A stretch of DNA of 64,000 nucleotides from Neophaeotheca triangularis (lineage: Eukaryota). Positions 25,447-38,124 of this stretch are shown one piece after another; position 1 is the stretch's first letter; each line of letters begins with the position of its first letter. The notes beneath the pieces were generated by a model. The model was not told the origin of the DNA, did no database searches, and saw nothing but the letters and a program-made list of their open reading frames with translations. The stretch is from NCBI GenBank assembly GCA_054600435.1, contig BAAIJX010000005.1, positions 186,001 to 250,000 on the forward strand, in the 5' to 3' direction. A program made the position numbers and the translations under genes.

Positions 25447-28201
25447 ATGCCGCGCACAAAGCCCAAAGATCTGACCATCAACCTTAAAACGGACCCTTCG
25501 CAACCCATCGAGCCCGCACCAAACAGCACCCACAGCAGCCCCATAGAGTTTGAGGGTATAGATCTTTCTTCCATGGACGGAGGAATTGGAGGGCAAGAGG
25601 GGGGTTTCACTTCGCTACCCACATCACCCAGTTCTTCGCCGGGCCACTCTCGAAACCAATCTGGGAATCTTCTCAACAACTTGCAAAAGAACAAGTCAGC
25701 TAGCCGGATACAGACGTCTCAGGATGAACAGAGAGGGGTAGAGATCCGTCGAGTGCCGAGGGAAAGAGGAGATCAAGAGGACGATGGAATGCCGCAGAGT
25801 AGCAGTATGAGCAAGATATATCACTTGAGGCAGAACGGGAGCACGCCGCATTTGAGCTTTCTAGGGAGTAAGGAGGATGTTGGAAGATCGGGGTCAGAAG
25901 GTATGTCGAAATCTTTCTTGTCATGCTGTCGGATGTAGCCCTGTGGATTTTCGCAGAATGGATCTATGGAGTCCTGGATCCGTTTCGAGGATGTAACGTT
26001 CTGGCTTGCTTGTGACCATTCTCGAACAACGAACATCTACGAGGAGTCACTGCGGCCACAGTCTTTTGGTAATAGGAGGCACTTCGGTGAAGTTGGGTGG
26101 CCCTGTCATGGCTTGCTAGAGTTAGCGGCCTGAACAATACCTGAGCATCGTGGCGAGCTCAGGTAGCGGCAAAGTTGGACTTGCTGTCTGCCCTGGCCAC
26201 GATGCAGGACGAAGACATGTCCCCAAGATTGCGTCCCAGCAGTTTGTGCAGACATGGTCGCTGCGCCTGAAATACAACCTTGGAAACCTTGGCATAGTTC
26301 ATGCATGGCGTGCCTTCCCAGAACGGCGACATGACGACACTAGGCAGCCGCTTAGGAGCAAGTGATGTGTTATGCATGGCCTCACTTCTGAGTGAACTCC
26401 AAACCTCACCTCACAGATACTTCCCAACACTACCTTGACTTCGGGACTCTCTGATCGACAAGCGCAACAATAACAACAACAACACCACCACCTGGATCCG
26501 GACATTGCTCGTATTGCTGCACAATTGCTGACGCATCTTATCAAGCAGCTCAGCAAAAGACACGCCGAGACAGACCGCCACTGTCACCACAACACAGCGG
26601 AGACAGCACAGCCTCCGCCAGGCGGAAAGATACCAAGCCCTTCCGCAACCCTCTGGCACGATCGCGATCTCTCCGAAGGGATTCCGACGCGAAGAAGCAG
26701 AACGGCAAGATACTCGTACCGGAGAACCACCAGCCTCTAAGGACAGCGCCCTTGCAACCGAGCTGGAAAAGCTCACACGAAGACATGAAGTTCAAGGCTA
26801 AGTCCAAGGACAAGCGCGGCAAGTCCTCAGATCGTGCCATGGCAGCCACTAATCTGTCGCACGACAACCTCCTTTTCTCAGAGAATGACCGACCGGTGGA
26901 GAAGGTGAAGGGCAAAGATAATTTCATGACTGCTGGGGGCAAAAGTGTGATGTCAAAGGCGAAGACTGGAGGGACCAACTTTAAGACCTTCTTGAATAAG
27001 ATCGGCCGGAGTGGCAGCAACAGCGAGAAGACACCTGAAGTTTCAGACAGTGAGTATGTGCTCAAAGTCATCAAGCTTCCTCTCATTCAACAAACCCGGA
27101 TCACTCGCATCAGCAAGCGCCTCAGCGACTGCAAGGATAAGACCGAGTACTGGATGCCCGCTTTGCCATGGAGGTGCATTGAGTAAGTGATTCCTATCCG
27201 TTTGAAAAGCGCGCAAAATACTGACCTGCCATCACAGCTTCCTCAACCTCAACTGCGAATCCGAAGGTCTGTACCGCATCCCGGGCAGTGGCCCCCAGGT
27301 GAAGTCGTGGCAAAGGCGCTTCGACACCGAACATGATATCGATCTACTCAACGAACAGGATCTTTACGACCCCAACAACATTGGCAGCATGCTCAAGACA
27401 TGGTTGCGCGAACTCCCTACCGAGATCATGCCCTCTGATCTGCAGACCCAACTGGCCGCAGATTTGGCGAAGGACAACGTTGAATTCAACAAGGTTGGAC
27501 AGAAGACACCGCAGAAGCTCCGCGACGCGCTGTCCGAGCTCTCTCCCTTCAACTATTACCTTCTTTTCGCAATTACGTGCCACCTTAGTCTTCTGCTCAG
27601 CCACAAGGACCAAAACCGTATGGACCTTCACAACCTCGCTATTTGCATCGGACCTTGCCTGAAACTCGATCGCTGGCTCTTCAACTACCTTGTCGGTGAT
27701 TGGCGTCATTGCTGGCAAGGGTGCTATACCGAGAAGCAAGCTCTGGAGGATGAGAAGTTGTGGGAGATGCAACACGGCATGCACGGTCCTGTTGCCCAAC
27801 AAGAGGCTTCGAGCATGCGTGTAAACTACAAGCCAAGCAATGCAGACTCCGCAGTCGACGCGAGTGCCATCAGCAGCGGCAACACGAGCCTACACGAATT
27901 CGATGCCGCGAGCCATAGCCGCGACGATTGGGAGACCGTCACCTCATCTTCCGCCAACGATCTGAACCGCACGCCAGACCGCCGTCCTGCTACCTCGCAC
28001 GACCCGAGCGTTCGACTTCCCACGGGAAAGGCCTCGAATCTCACCATCGATAGCAGTCGGAAGGTCAGCGAGGAAGGCAGTGCAGCGACTCGCACACCTC
28101 GACAGAACGCTCACAGCCGTAGCCAAAGCGAGCTGGTACCTCCTACTCCCACTCGCGTTCCTCTAGGTGCGCCCGTTTACCCGATCCGCGACGACTCTTA
28201 G
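25447..28201 (+). CDS. Rho GTPase-activating protein
   Basis: Exons 25447-25900, 26549-27182 and 27238-28201; WRCIDFL...EGLYRIPGS (Arg finger), SMLKTWLRELP, NRMDLHNLAICIGP. Confidence 0.85.
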
Positions 28202-30349
28202 TATTGGCGTAACGATCAGATTCGGGAAGTGGCGCCTTGGTACGGGCCCGGTGGGTACTATGAGAGGGAATTGAGCGCGGCCCTAGGCGACAACACTCTG
28301 GTGGACAAATATGAGGGGGTAGAGAAGTACGAGGGTACTTGAACTACCACGAAGAGGCCAATTTCTTCGACTTTACCTTTCGACGACAGCGCCACCGCTC
28401 ACTCCTCGCACCAACAGAAAAGCATGAATAAGCCGGTATGCTCACAAGGAACTGCAAAGACGCCGGACGTTGTCTATCACGGGAGAAGACAACAAAGACT
28501 GTAACAACATTAGATGGGCGGACGGGCATGATTTACGCGTTGCGACGACTTTAATATGGCCGAGGCTGAGTATCAAGCCTCTGGTCAACACGGGTGGCGG
28601 TTCAATGGGTGCGTTAACGGGAGGCTCTACGGTGGATGGATGTTAATGGCGTTTTGATTACCAGTGAGCGACGGATGGTGCTTAGTGTACTATTAGCAGT
28701 TATGGCGGTAGCGAGGAGACGACTGAATCTAAAGTTGCGCGCGTTCTGTGATTCCGTTTTTGTCATTCAGATGTTGTCGAGCAGGTTTGACCTTGGACTC
28801 CTCGTAAAACAGCCTTTACGAAGATAATGAACGATCGAATGAGCCGGTACTGCACCTCTCACCCTTGGAGGCACCACACCGTCACTTACGGGGGAGAGTG
28901 GCAGTACGCTGTTCCAATTCCTCCGATAGCAGAACAAGAAACAAGCTTGGTATGGAGCGTACTGTTATCCCCCGAGCGGGGTGAGTACGCTGCTACCCTT
29001 CGTAGCGTGTACGAAGCGGGTTAAGAAAGACCGTTTTCTCACCTACTACACTATTAAAGTGTTGATCAAAAGCGAGTTCAATAACTATCGCTGGGTGAAC
29101 GAAGTACTACTCTAGATGATTGGGTCAAGTATACGCGTCTCCAATAGAATTCAATCCCTTTCTGCTCCAGATCATAGATACCTATAGCCGTCGGAGAATA
29201 CTAAGAATAGCTAGCTATAGCTGCTTAGCGGGCATTATTGTGGCCGAGAGGGTATAATTGGTAGGAGATAGAATAGTCCTAAGGCCTTTGCATTCTACTG
29301 CCACCATTACCGGCTTTGTCTAGTCAATTCGGCACGTGTGATCAACAGCTCTAATGCTAAGACATCGGGGTCGTCTAGTCAAGCGGCGAAGAGACACTCG
29401 AAGTCTCAGCTCGGGATGGGAGCGCTTCACAACTTCACGCAAGTGGCATCATGCGTCCTCAGAGAAGAGAAGAGCACCTGCATACCTAGTCACTCCTATG
29501 CTGACCTATTTTTGTACTCTGACGTTGGACAAGTGTTGATTGAACAAGACCAAGAACGTCAAATGCTATCGTTACTCGGGGATCATATATGTCAACAGAC
29601 ACTTCACGTCAATCTTAACAGACTCGCCTTACCATTCAATTGACACAAGAAAGGTGACTTCTATGAATAGATTTGTTTAATTTAGAGAGCAGCTGTAACT
29701 CTCGATTGACCAATCAGCGCCAAGGGGTTTTGACTTCACTTGGAGAGGAGACCTTGCGGCGACTCTCTGCAGAAGCAAGCCTCTCGGCATGATTATTCTC
29801 GTATTAGTACTGAGACACGACGACCACCCTTATATAGGCCTAGAGCGCCAAAGTATGTAGAGACGTCGAGCACTGGCTGTTGCCGTTGATCGACGGTTCA
29901 GCCAGGGGGAAAGCTCGCTAATAAGTGAGGCACATCCTTGTTCAGCCACACTGCAGCTCATCATTTTGCCCAACCATCTTGCCAGTGTTGCAAGGCCGGG
30001 GCGAAAGACCGGGTTGAATCAAAGATGTATGTAGGCTCGGGAGAGCAGAAATATGAACGAACATTGAGGCTGACTGCAACTTGAGGTTTGGAACCCACGC
30101 GATTTACCACCTTGTTAGGTGTCGAACGCGGCGCGCGATACCGCCATGTCACACAAAGATGACAGGCAGAAGCGAAACGCTAATAAAAGAATTGGCCGCG
30201 AACGAAGGATCAGCGCTCGAGATTGGGTGTCGACAGCAGCGCCTCTGGTTTATTGTGTCCCTTCGATTTTCATCCACGACTGCTAAGACGTTCCTGAGAG
30301 GCATCGATCGTTGAACGAACGCAGCATACCTGTAGCTCGGCATCCAAAG

Positions 30350-31304
30350 ATGTCCTGGCGAGCGTTTGCTCTCGTGGCGACGACCTGGTGTCTTCCCTCT
30401 CACGCACAAGAAGAGATCGTCGACTGCTACTACTACAACGGAAACGTCGCCCCTAACAACACAGTCTGCCCCGGCAGCTCAGCATGTTGCGGCCCTACCG
30501 CCGAATGTCAAGGCAACAGACTCTGCCATAATGAGGGCGATGCCGACGGAGTATTCGTGCGAGGGCCATGCGCGGTATTTCCCTACGGTGCGACCAACTT
30601 GCCGAGACACTGTTGCGTAGTCTCCACACTGACGGGAAAACGCAGACCCTCGTTTGTGCGCCACCATCTGCCTCGAAGACGAAGACCAGGGCCTGTTTCC
30701 ACGAGTCGAGCAGTGCGACGACGAGAGTTGGTGCTGCCGTAGTCAGGGTGACCAATGCTGCTCAAGCGGCAATGGCACTTTTCTGGACGACACTGGCCAT
30801 ATACTGACCGCGAGACCAACATCTTCGTCGACTATCGCATCGGCGACCGTTTCAGAAAGCGCGGACGCTACGATACCGGCTGAAGCCACGTCCGCGTCCC
30901 CATCTCCCGGCGACGGTAGCTCGGACTCCGGCCTTTCGTCAGGAGCGACAATAGGTCTAGGCGTGGGACTCGCTATAGGTTGCTGCATCATCATCTTGCT
31001 GCTTGCGATCCTCTTCTTACTCCGCCGGCGACGCAACAGGAAAGAGACAGAGAACAACAAGGACGCAGCCGACCAACTACAGCCTCAGAGCGCGGCAGCA
31101 TACGTTGGGCATGAGCATGATGGCGGGGCCTATCAAGACCAGAAGGACGCAGCGGAGACATTGCTCGTGGAGCCGACGGAGGTCGAGGGTACGATACCGG
31201 GTCAGATGTACCGGGAAAGAGGAAGGCATGAAGTCGAAGCAAACACCAGCATGCCGCAGGAGCTGGAGGCCAATGCTGGGTCCAGCCGTGATCCGAAAGG
31301 GTAG
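30350..31304 (+). CDS. type I membrane protein: signal peptide, Cys-rich ectodomain, Ser/Thr stalk, single TM, cytoplasmic tail
   Basis: Exons 30350-30587 and 30646-31304; CYYYNG..C..CC..C..C..RGPC..C..IC..C..WCC..CC pattern; GLSSGATIGLGVGLAIG TM followed by RRRR. Confidence 0.8.
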
Positions 31305-31548
31305 GCCAGTGCAGCTTGCTAACTAACGCTTACTCACTACAACCAAGCAAGTACACATGAACATGGACCAGAAAGTGAACAGGGCTCAATCATGTCGCAC
31401 CAGTAGCATATCTTCAAGTGTCTCAGGCGCTGTTTGTACACTTGTCGTATGAATCCACCCAAATACTGTTCAAACGCTTCAAGAAGCCCCATGTCAACCA
31501 TTGGTAGCAAAATCAACACTCTCAGCCAAAAGGGAAAAAGAAGCTCTC

Positions 31549-33734
31549 TCACTCGCCATTAGGCGGCGCACCCGCCTTGATCTCATCATCGGGGTACCTC
31601 GATTCACCACCTCCCGGGTAGAGCAGTTCGTCCCCCCTTCCACCCATTTCGACGAACTCGGCAGGGTCGCGGCCGTCAGCGGGCGTTGGCTGCACAATTG
31701 TCTTTTCGATTTTGCCCTCCTTGGCCTTGACTTTCGCTTTCTCTCCGTCTTTCCTCTGCATCACGAACTGAGGGCCTTGGTTCTTGTCGAATACCTTGAC
31801 AGGCGGTGCGTCTGGGTGCGTGTCCATGACTCGGTCCACTTTGACGTCGTTGATGGATGACAGTAGGGTGCGCTCGCGATGCGGTTTGCGGCGCGTGAAG
31901 TCGAGCTGAGAGAACTCACCAGTCAGGCCGTCGGTGCTGTCGTTGACGCCAATGGTGCGCTGAGTCGTCCAGGGGTGCTCAAGGCATTCGTCAATGGAAA
32001 TACGTTTCTCGACGTCCACGGTGAGCATGCGATCGATGAGGTCGAGCGCCGGGTCGCCCACGCTGTCCCAGTACGGAGATGGGTAGTCGAAGCGGCCCAT
32101 TTTGATTTGCTGGCTTAGGGTGTAGGGGTTTTCCGTCGAATAGAGCTCGTCGCTGAATGGAGGAAAACCGCAGAGGCAAATGTAGAGGACGACACCTAAG
32201 CTCCAGACATCCACCGCGCGAGTGTAGCGTCTTCGGTTTGAGGACTCTAGTATCTCAGGTGCGACGTAGGAAGGCGTACCGCAGAGGGTTGTGGTGAAGG
32301 ACTCTTCGCCGATGATCTTGGCTAGGCCGAAGTCTGCGAGCTTTATGCTGAGGTTCTTGTCGGCGAGGAGGATGTTCTCCGGCTTGATGTCGCGGTGGAC
32401 GATGTTGCGTTCGTGCTTTGTGACCTGTTAGCAAGCAGACGACACTAGAACTGGGTCATTGTAAGACTTACCAAATACTTCACACCTTGGAAGAGCTGCA
32501 CAAACACCTTCCTGGTCTCTTCCTCTGTGAGTTTCTGCTTCATCACGATCCAATTGAAGAGCTCGCCTTCTGGCGCGAGTTCCAGAACGAGGTAGACGCC
32601 ATCGCTCTCATCGTAGGTATCTTTCAAGCACAGCATATTCGGGTGACTGACACCCATCAAAACGGCGATTTCTTGCTGTAGCCCGTCGACTTTGCTTCTT
32701 TCCCCTGGACCACTCCGCTTTTCAAACTTCTTGACCGCATAACGCATCCCGCTGCTCTTCTCCGTGGCCAGATAGACAGATGCAAAATGTCCCTTGCCGA
32801 GTTGGCCCTGGATGTTATAGTGCTGCTTGAATCCGCTTGAACCATTCACCCGCGGGTATCGAAATATAAAGCGGGCTTGGTCCAGTATGCTAATGTCGTC
32901 GCCGTCTTGTAGTTCCCGCCTTTTGTTGCGCCCAACGTAACCATCGTTCACATACGTCCCATTGCCGGAAAGGTCCTCCAACACAGCGATGGCGTGACCA
33001 TCCTTGTTCTCAGAAAAGAACAAGCAATGCCTGTTTGAGACCGTAGGATCCTTGATAATGCGATCGCACTCAGGGTGTCGGCCAATCAGATACCCACCCG
33101 CCGGTATCCCTTTCAGCGACTTCTGCTCTTCGTAGTGCTCCTCGTCGGCCTTGTATTTCTTCTTGTTCACTCGCGATTTGCCGTCAGTCTGGCCCACAGC
33201 AGTCGAGGGAACTGGGCACGCCGCTCGTTTTCTCAAGACCAGAGGCTTCTTGAACCCACTGACTGGCACCAGATAACCCCAAACGCCCTCTGCCTCTTCA
33301 TCTTCCACTTCGTACGATATAGGTGCGGGAGCGACGAATTGCGAGAATGGCTGCGTGTCGCCCGGAGGCGAAGATAGGCCACCACTCATCTTCGCCGGTG
33401 GTGAGCTCGACCGCGGCGTGTGCTGGCGGCCATTGGGAGGAGACGCAGTGCCGACGTCGCCATTGTTAGCATCATCGGTAGTTGCCGTGGACTCCTTGCG
33501 TGTGACGGGCGAGGGCAATTGCCCTTGCTTGAGGTTCGATACCGCATCGTTGGCGTCGCCTCCATTGTCGGCAGCGCCTGAGATGCGTGCAGAGCGCCTG
33601 GGCTTCTTGGTCTCGTTGGTCTCGCCGGCAGATCCCTTGGGAATGTGGTCAGCAATGGTATTGCTGGTGTGGTCGCCGGTAGTGGACCCTACCCGTGCCC
33701 GTTTTAATGCGCTCTTTTCGTGTTGTGATGCCAT
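31549..33734 (-). CDS. FHA-domain checkpoint kinase (CHK2/Cds1/Dun1/PRD-4 family)
   Basis: TQ/SQ motif, FHA (GRHPECD..SNRHC..SGNGT), kinase GKGHFASV, HRDIKPEN, DFG, TTLCGTPSYVAPE; intron 32471-32416 and probable in-frame intron 33692-33636. Confidence 0.92.
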
Positions 33735-34588
33735 GTTGGCCCCTATGTCGCAAAGCGACGAAGACGCGAGGTTATGGGCTGTACAGGGCTCGAAATGAAC
33801 GTCGGAACCGGTGGCCTAGACAGACAGTCAAGGAAGCGTGTGATGAGTGGCCAGTCGAAGTGCTCGATCACGAGTCGAGACGTGGAAGCTATAGAAACGG
33901 TAGTCGGGGTGGATGGATCACGATAGTCCTGGGCGTCGAAGTCTAATATGGCGCTCTGACCATTGAGGAGGGGGAAGTGTTAAGGTAGTGTAGGTTTCTA
34001 ATCAAGACTTTGACTCGGGAGTCGTTCTGGCTGCAGGTGTTCTTGCCAACTCGTGATATCATGCGAATGAGTCGCGAGACAACGGCGACGATGGTGCTGG
34101 TGGGTAGTAGGAGGTAGGTAGTAGGAGGTAGGAGGTCGGAGCCTGGAGGTAGACTTTTACTTTTAGATGCGCCCTGATCGGCCGGCGGAGGCAGGTCCGA
34201 AAACAAGAGTGTTTTGGACGGAGATGGCTACGAAGGAACATCCAATGTCTTCAACAAACCATTCTCGTCTCATTGTACATACCTACATTGCTACAGTACA
34301 TAACTTAAGCTCGGAATCTGGGCCTGGCTTTTACATCTGTACCCCGCGAAGCCTTGTACGTCGAGCGGTGGAATGGTCAGCATGGAGCCACTTCGCTCGA
34401 CAGGTACTTCGTGGACTGCCCCTTTTCATAAACTACCTTACCTACTTGGGTACCATAAGTTAACTTACCAGGGCTACTTTGCCTTACAAAGCTTTCTCTT
34501 GTTAATGCCTCAGGCTACCTAGGGACTGCTCGATTGCCACGGCCTGAGACGAGTCTTTGACAGGAACAACACTTTTGTCCACGCAACC

Positions 34589-35623
34589 ATGCCCTTCACA
34601 CATCACTCCCACTCGGGCCAGTTCTGCGGCCACGCAGTTAGTGCCCTCGAAGATGTCGTCAAAACCGCCATCTCCAAGGGCATGACAACAATTTGCCTTA
34701 CCGAACACGTTCCAAGAGACCGCATCGACTTCTACCCCGAAGAAGAGGACGTTCACACCGAAGAATCCCTCGTCCAGCTATATGAAGACTTTTACCACGA
34801 AGCCCGGCGCCTGCAGAACACATACGGTGACCCTAATCGTGACGATCGTATCGATATACTCGTTGGATTCGAGGGCGAGTGGATCCGCGAGTCAAGTCGA
34901 ACCATTATAGACAATCTCATGGCCAAGTACAAGGTCGACATGTTTATTGGCAGCGTACATCACGTACATACTTTCCCTATCGACTTCGACACGCCAATGT
35001 ATCACAAGGCGAGGGAGGCTGCTGGAGGCAGCGACGAACAAGTTTTTGCCGACTACTTTGACGATCAGCTCGATATGTTGAAAGCTCTAAAGCCACCCGT
35101 CGTGGCGCACTTTGACCTTATAAGGCTCAAGAGTGATGACTCCGAGCGTTCCTTTCGGTCATGGCAGAGAGTCTGGGAGAAGATCGTGAGGAACTTGGAG
35201 TTTATTGCTGGCTACGGCGGAGTGTTGGAGCTCAACTCGAGTGCTTTGCGAAAAGGCATGAGCGAGCCTTATCCCCAAGTCGAAATCTGCCAGGTATGTT
35301 AATCCGCGTTTGCAGCATGCGGACGCTTGAGCCGTTCGATTCGCTGATAATTCTTTCAGGAGTTTATTCGAATGGGGGGCCGCTTTACGCTGTCCGATGA
35401 CAGCCACGGGATTGAGCAGGTCGGCTTAAACTATGCCAGAGTCATGGAAAGTGTAAAAAGGGCAGGTATCACGCAGCTGGTCTGCATGGTACCGAAGCGG
35501 CGTTCTCAGGGCGACTGGTCGTGGCAAGAAGACCAAGCTGTCCCATTTCGCTGGGAAGAGACTGCCGTCACGGAACTTGACCGGCACGCTTTCTGGAAGC
35601 AGGCAAAGGACTTCACCCGATGA
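34589..35623 (+). CDS. HIS2: histidinol-phosphatase (PHP family)
   Basis: MPFTHHSHSGQFCGHA, LTEH, GSVHH, HFDLI, SDDSHG; intron 35294-35359. Confidence 0.92.
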
Positions 35624-37212
35624 GGGGACCTTCGCTCGAGGGTTCCAGAGTATAGCGTCTGTTTGAGTCTCAAGTGTTTCTTCGAAGACGCTGTTACTCC
35701 AAGTTGCGCGGCGACACTGGCATAGTACCCGAAGACTTCCAACGGCACTTCGAGTGTGTTTGATTCGAAGCTCGGGGCCTTGGTACCAAGACACACCTAG
35801 AAGCGAACGAGCTGTCTGAATGGCCGGCAGGAGCGCACCCCGGTTGGGTTTGGTGCCGCCTCCGCGAAATGCAGCTTATGGCGGCCATTCATCCGAATCG
35901 TACAGGTCTCGGCGTCAGCGAGAATTCTCTTCGTCAGCGTTCAGCGCTGCTCGATGCCTATCCGCGAGCAACCTGCAATGCAGTCAATATAACTCTGTCG
36001 ATTACCAACAGCTTATCTGCCGCCGCGAGCGCTCGCCACACACCAGCTTCGTGAGCACTAATGTCGTTTCCTTTGTGCAAACTCGAAGGTATCGTGATAA
36101 AATTGCCTTCTCGCATGTGGTTGGCCAGCCGTAGTGGAAGTGGCCGATCTGGATTGGTTCCTGCGTCCCCCATGCAGTAGATGCGACAAGTGAGTGGGAA
36201 GCCTTTTTGTAACCAACTTTCCCAGCGTTTGCCGCGGCAAGCTCGCCAAAGGCAGGCGACGGAAGGCTTCCGACGGACGAATTGGAACGTTTCGGTTCTG
36301 CTATGGAGAAGAAGCCATGAGGTCAAGGGTATATGGTGGTTGAGAAGTACAAGGGTACCTTTGATTGGGGGAGCAACCCTTGATGTGCTGTATCATGTCC
36401 GAATGGCTTTGAAGGAGGGGCTACCGCTTTCCAAGAGCTCTGCCGTGTCGTCTGTCTGTACTACCTTACCCAAATTCACCGCGATCACGACTGTTGAAGT
36501 GTAGTGCTACGACAAAGCTCTTGTTGCTGTATTCTCGGTTACTGACCCGGTGAGCTGGTGCGATGCAGGAGGTGGTGCAGGTACATATTTTAGTGACATG
36601 TCCTGAAGCGTCTCAATGGCTGCATCCACCACTTTGCAGGTGGTATTATGTAGGCATGTGCATCCTATAAGTTACCCGCTGATCTGCTCGTGGTTGTAGG
36701 CCTCACTAGAGAGGGCCGCGTGGACATGAACTGTCGTCGGTTCCTGGCCTTGATGGTGATACGAAGCAGCTAGGATTGGATGATGGATGATGAATGATGG
36801 GATTGGTTGATGGTCGCACATGGCTCACGATACAATAGGCTTTGCCCTTGCTCGTCCGGGTCTGTACCTCAGGTATCTAGTTATACTGTTGGTACCTGGG
36901 TAGGAGTTGTAGCACCGCTTGTGGCACCCTACATAACTTACAAGTTGCTACTACCTGGGCAAGCTAACCAGCTGCACTGACGACGTGTGGAGACGGGCTT
37001 GACGGGCAACGTGGAATCGGAGCAAAAGTCTCGAACGCGGGTAGCCGTACCTGCCGCAGATAATCGTAGGTATATAGTGGAGGTAGCTCCACCCTAGGTA
37101 GGTAGGTATACCTGTCTACCTGAAATCCAACTTCACCTCGTTTCTTCCCTTCCTTCTTCCTCCCTTCCCATCTTTGCCTCAACAACTCCCACCGATTGAA
37201 CTCACAACTACA

Positions 37213-37800
37213 ATGGGTGTCACCAAGCAAGTCATCTCTCAGGGCGATGGCGCCACTAAGCCTAGCGCCGGCGATACCATCTTGATGGAGTACACTGGCA
37301 ACCTCTACGACGAGAGCAAGCCTGACAAGCGCGGCAAGCAGTGAGTACTGAAGACGAACACTGAGCAATATTCCTTAAGATTGACACGTTGCAGGTTCGA
37401 CTCCTCCGTTGGCCGTGGCGACTTCGAGGTCAAGATTGGCACCGGCCAGGTCATCAAGGGTAAGTTCTTGTTGCTGCAAAATTGATTGAAGTGACAGCAC
37501 CAACTGACGGAAACGTAACAGGCTGGGATGAGGGTATCCTCAGCGCCGATGGCGGCATGACTCTGGGTGAAAGGGCCATCCTGACCATCACCGGGTACGA
37601 ATAGTCCCGCCGATTACCAAACGCAGCATGCTAACGTACGGCTTAGTGACTACGCCTACGGATCCAGGGGTTTCCCCGGTCTCATCCCCCCGAACTCCAC
37701 GCTTGTCTTGTAAGTATGCTAGTATTGTTCACCTGAAGCTTGAGCTAACATTGTCATTAGCGAGGTCCAGCTCAAGGCCATCAACGGGAAAAGGATGTAA
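37213..37800 (+). CDS. FPR1: FKBP12 peptidyl-prolyl isomerase (FK506/rapamycin-binding protein)
   Basis: Exons 37213-37340, 37395-37459, 37522-37594, 37647-37709 and 37761-37800 give MGVTKQVISQGDG...YTG...FDSSVGRG...QVIKGWDEG...[25 protein letters not shown]. All four introns are GT..AG with branch sites. Confidence 0.93.
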
Positions 37801-38124
37801 ACGGCCACATCAACGCCCGACGATGACGATACGATGTTTTATGTGACGAGCGGGGCATGTTCACACCAAGACAGTACTGCCACCAAAGGCTAGTTGATCC
37901 TGTTTATAGAGAAAGAGGAAATCTTCAATGCCTTCGAAACTTTCCGTTACATGTCGTGAAATGCCATTGTGCCGCGCTCCGCCCTCCAGAGTCGTTGATC
38001 AATGGCCTCCGGTACCAGTGCTTTCATGCTGGCCCTGACAACCGCTATTTCCGCCAGAGATCCAAGCCATTTTCGTTCAATATATCTTGCTCTCAGCAAT
38101 TAAGTTCCCTCTTTTCGCTCTTAC

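Noticed and set aside
29240..29290. Gypsy-integrase-like 'LGLFYLLPIIPSRP' on minus strand
   Set aside because: Too short, and flanking residues do not continue the integrase pattern
37394..37404. Perfect Pol III B-box GGTTCGACTCC
   Set aside because: It is the intron/exon junction encoding FDS of FKBP12; no tRNA fold
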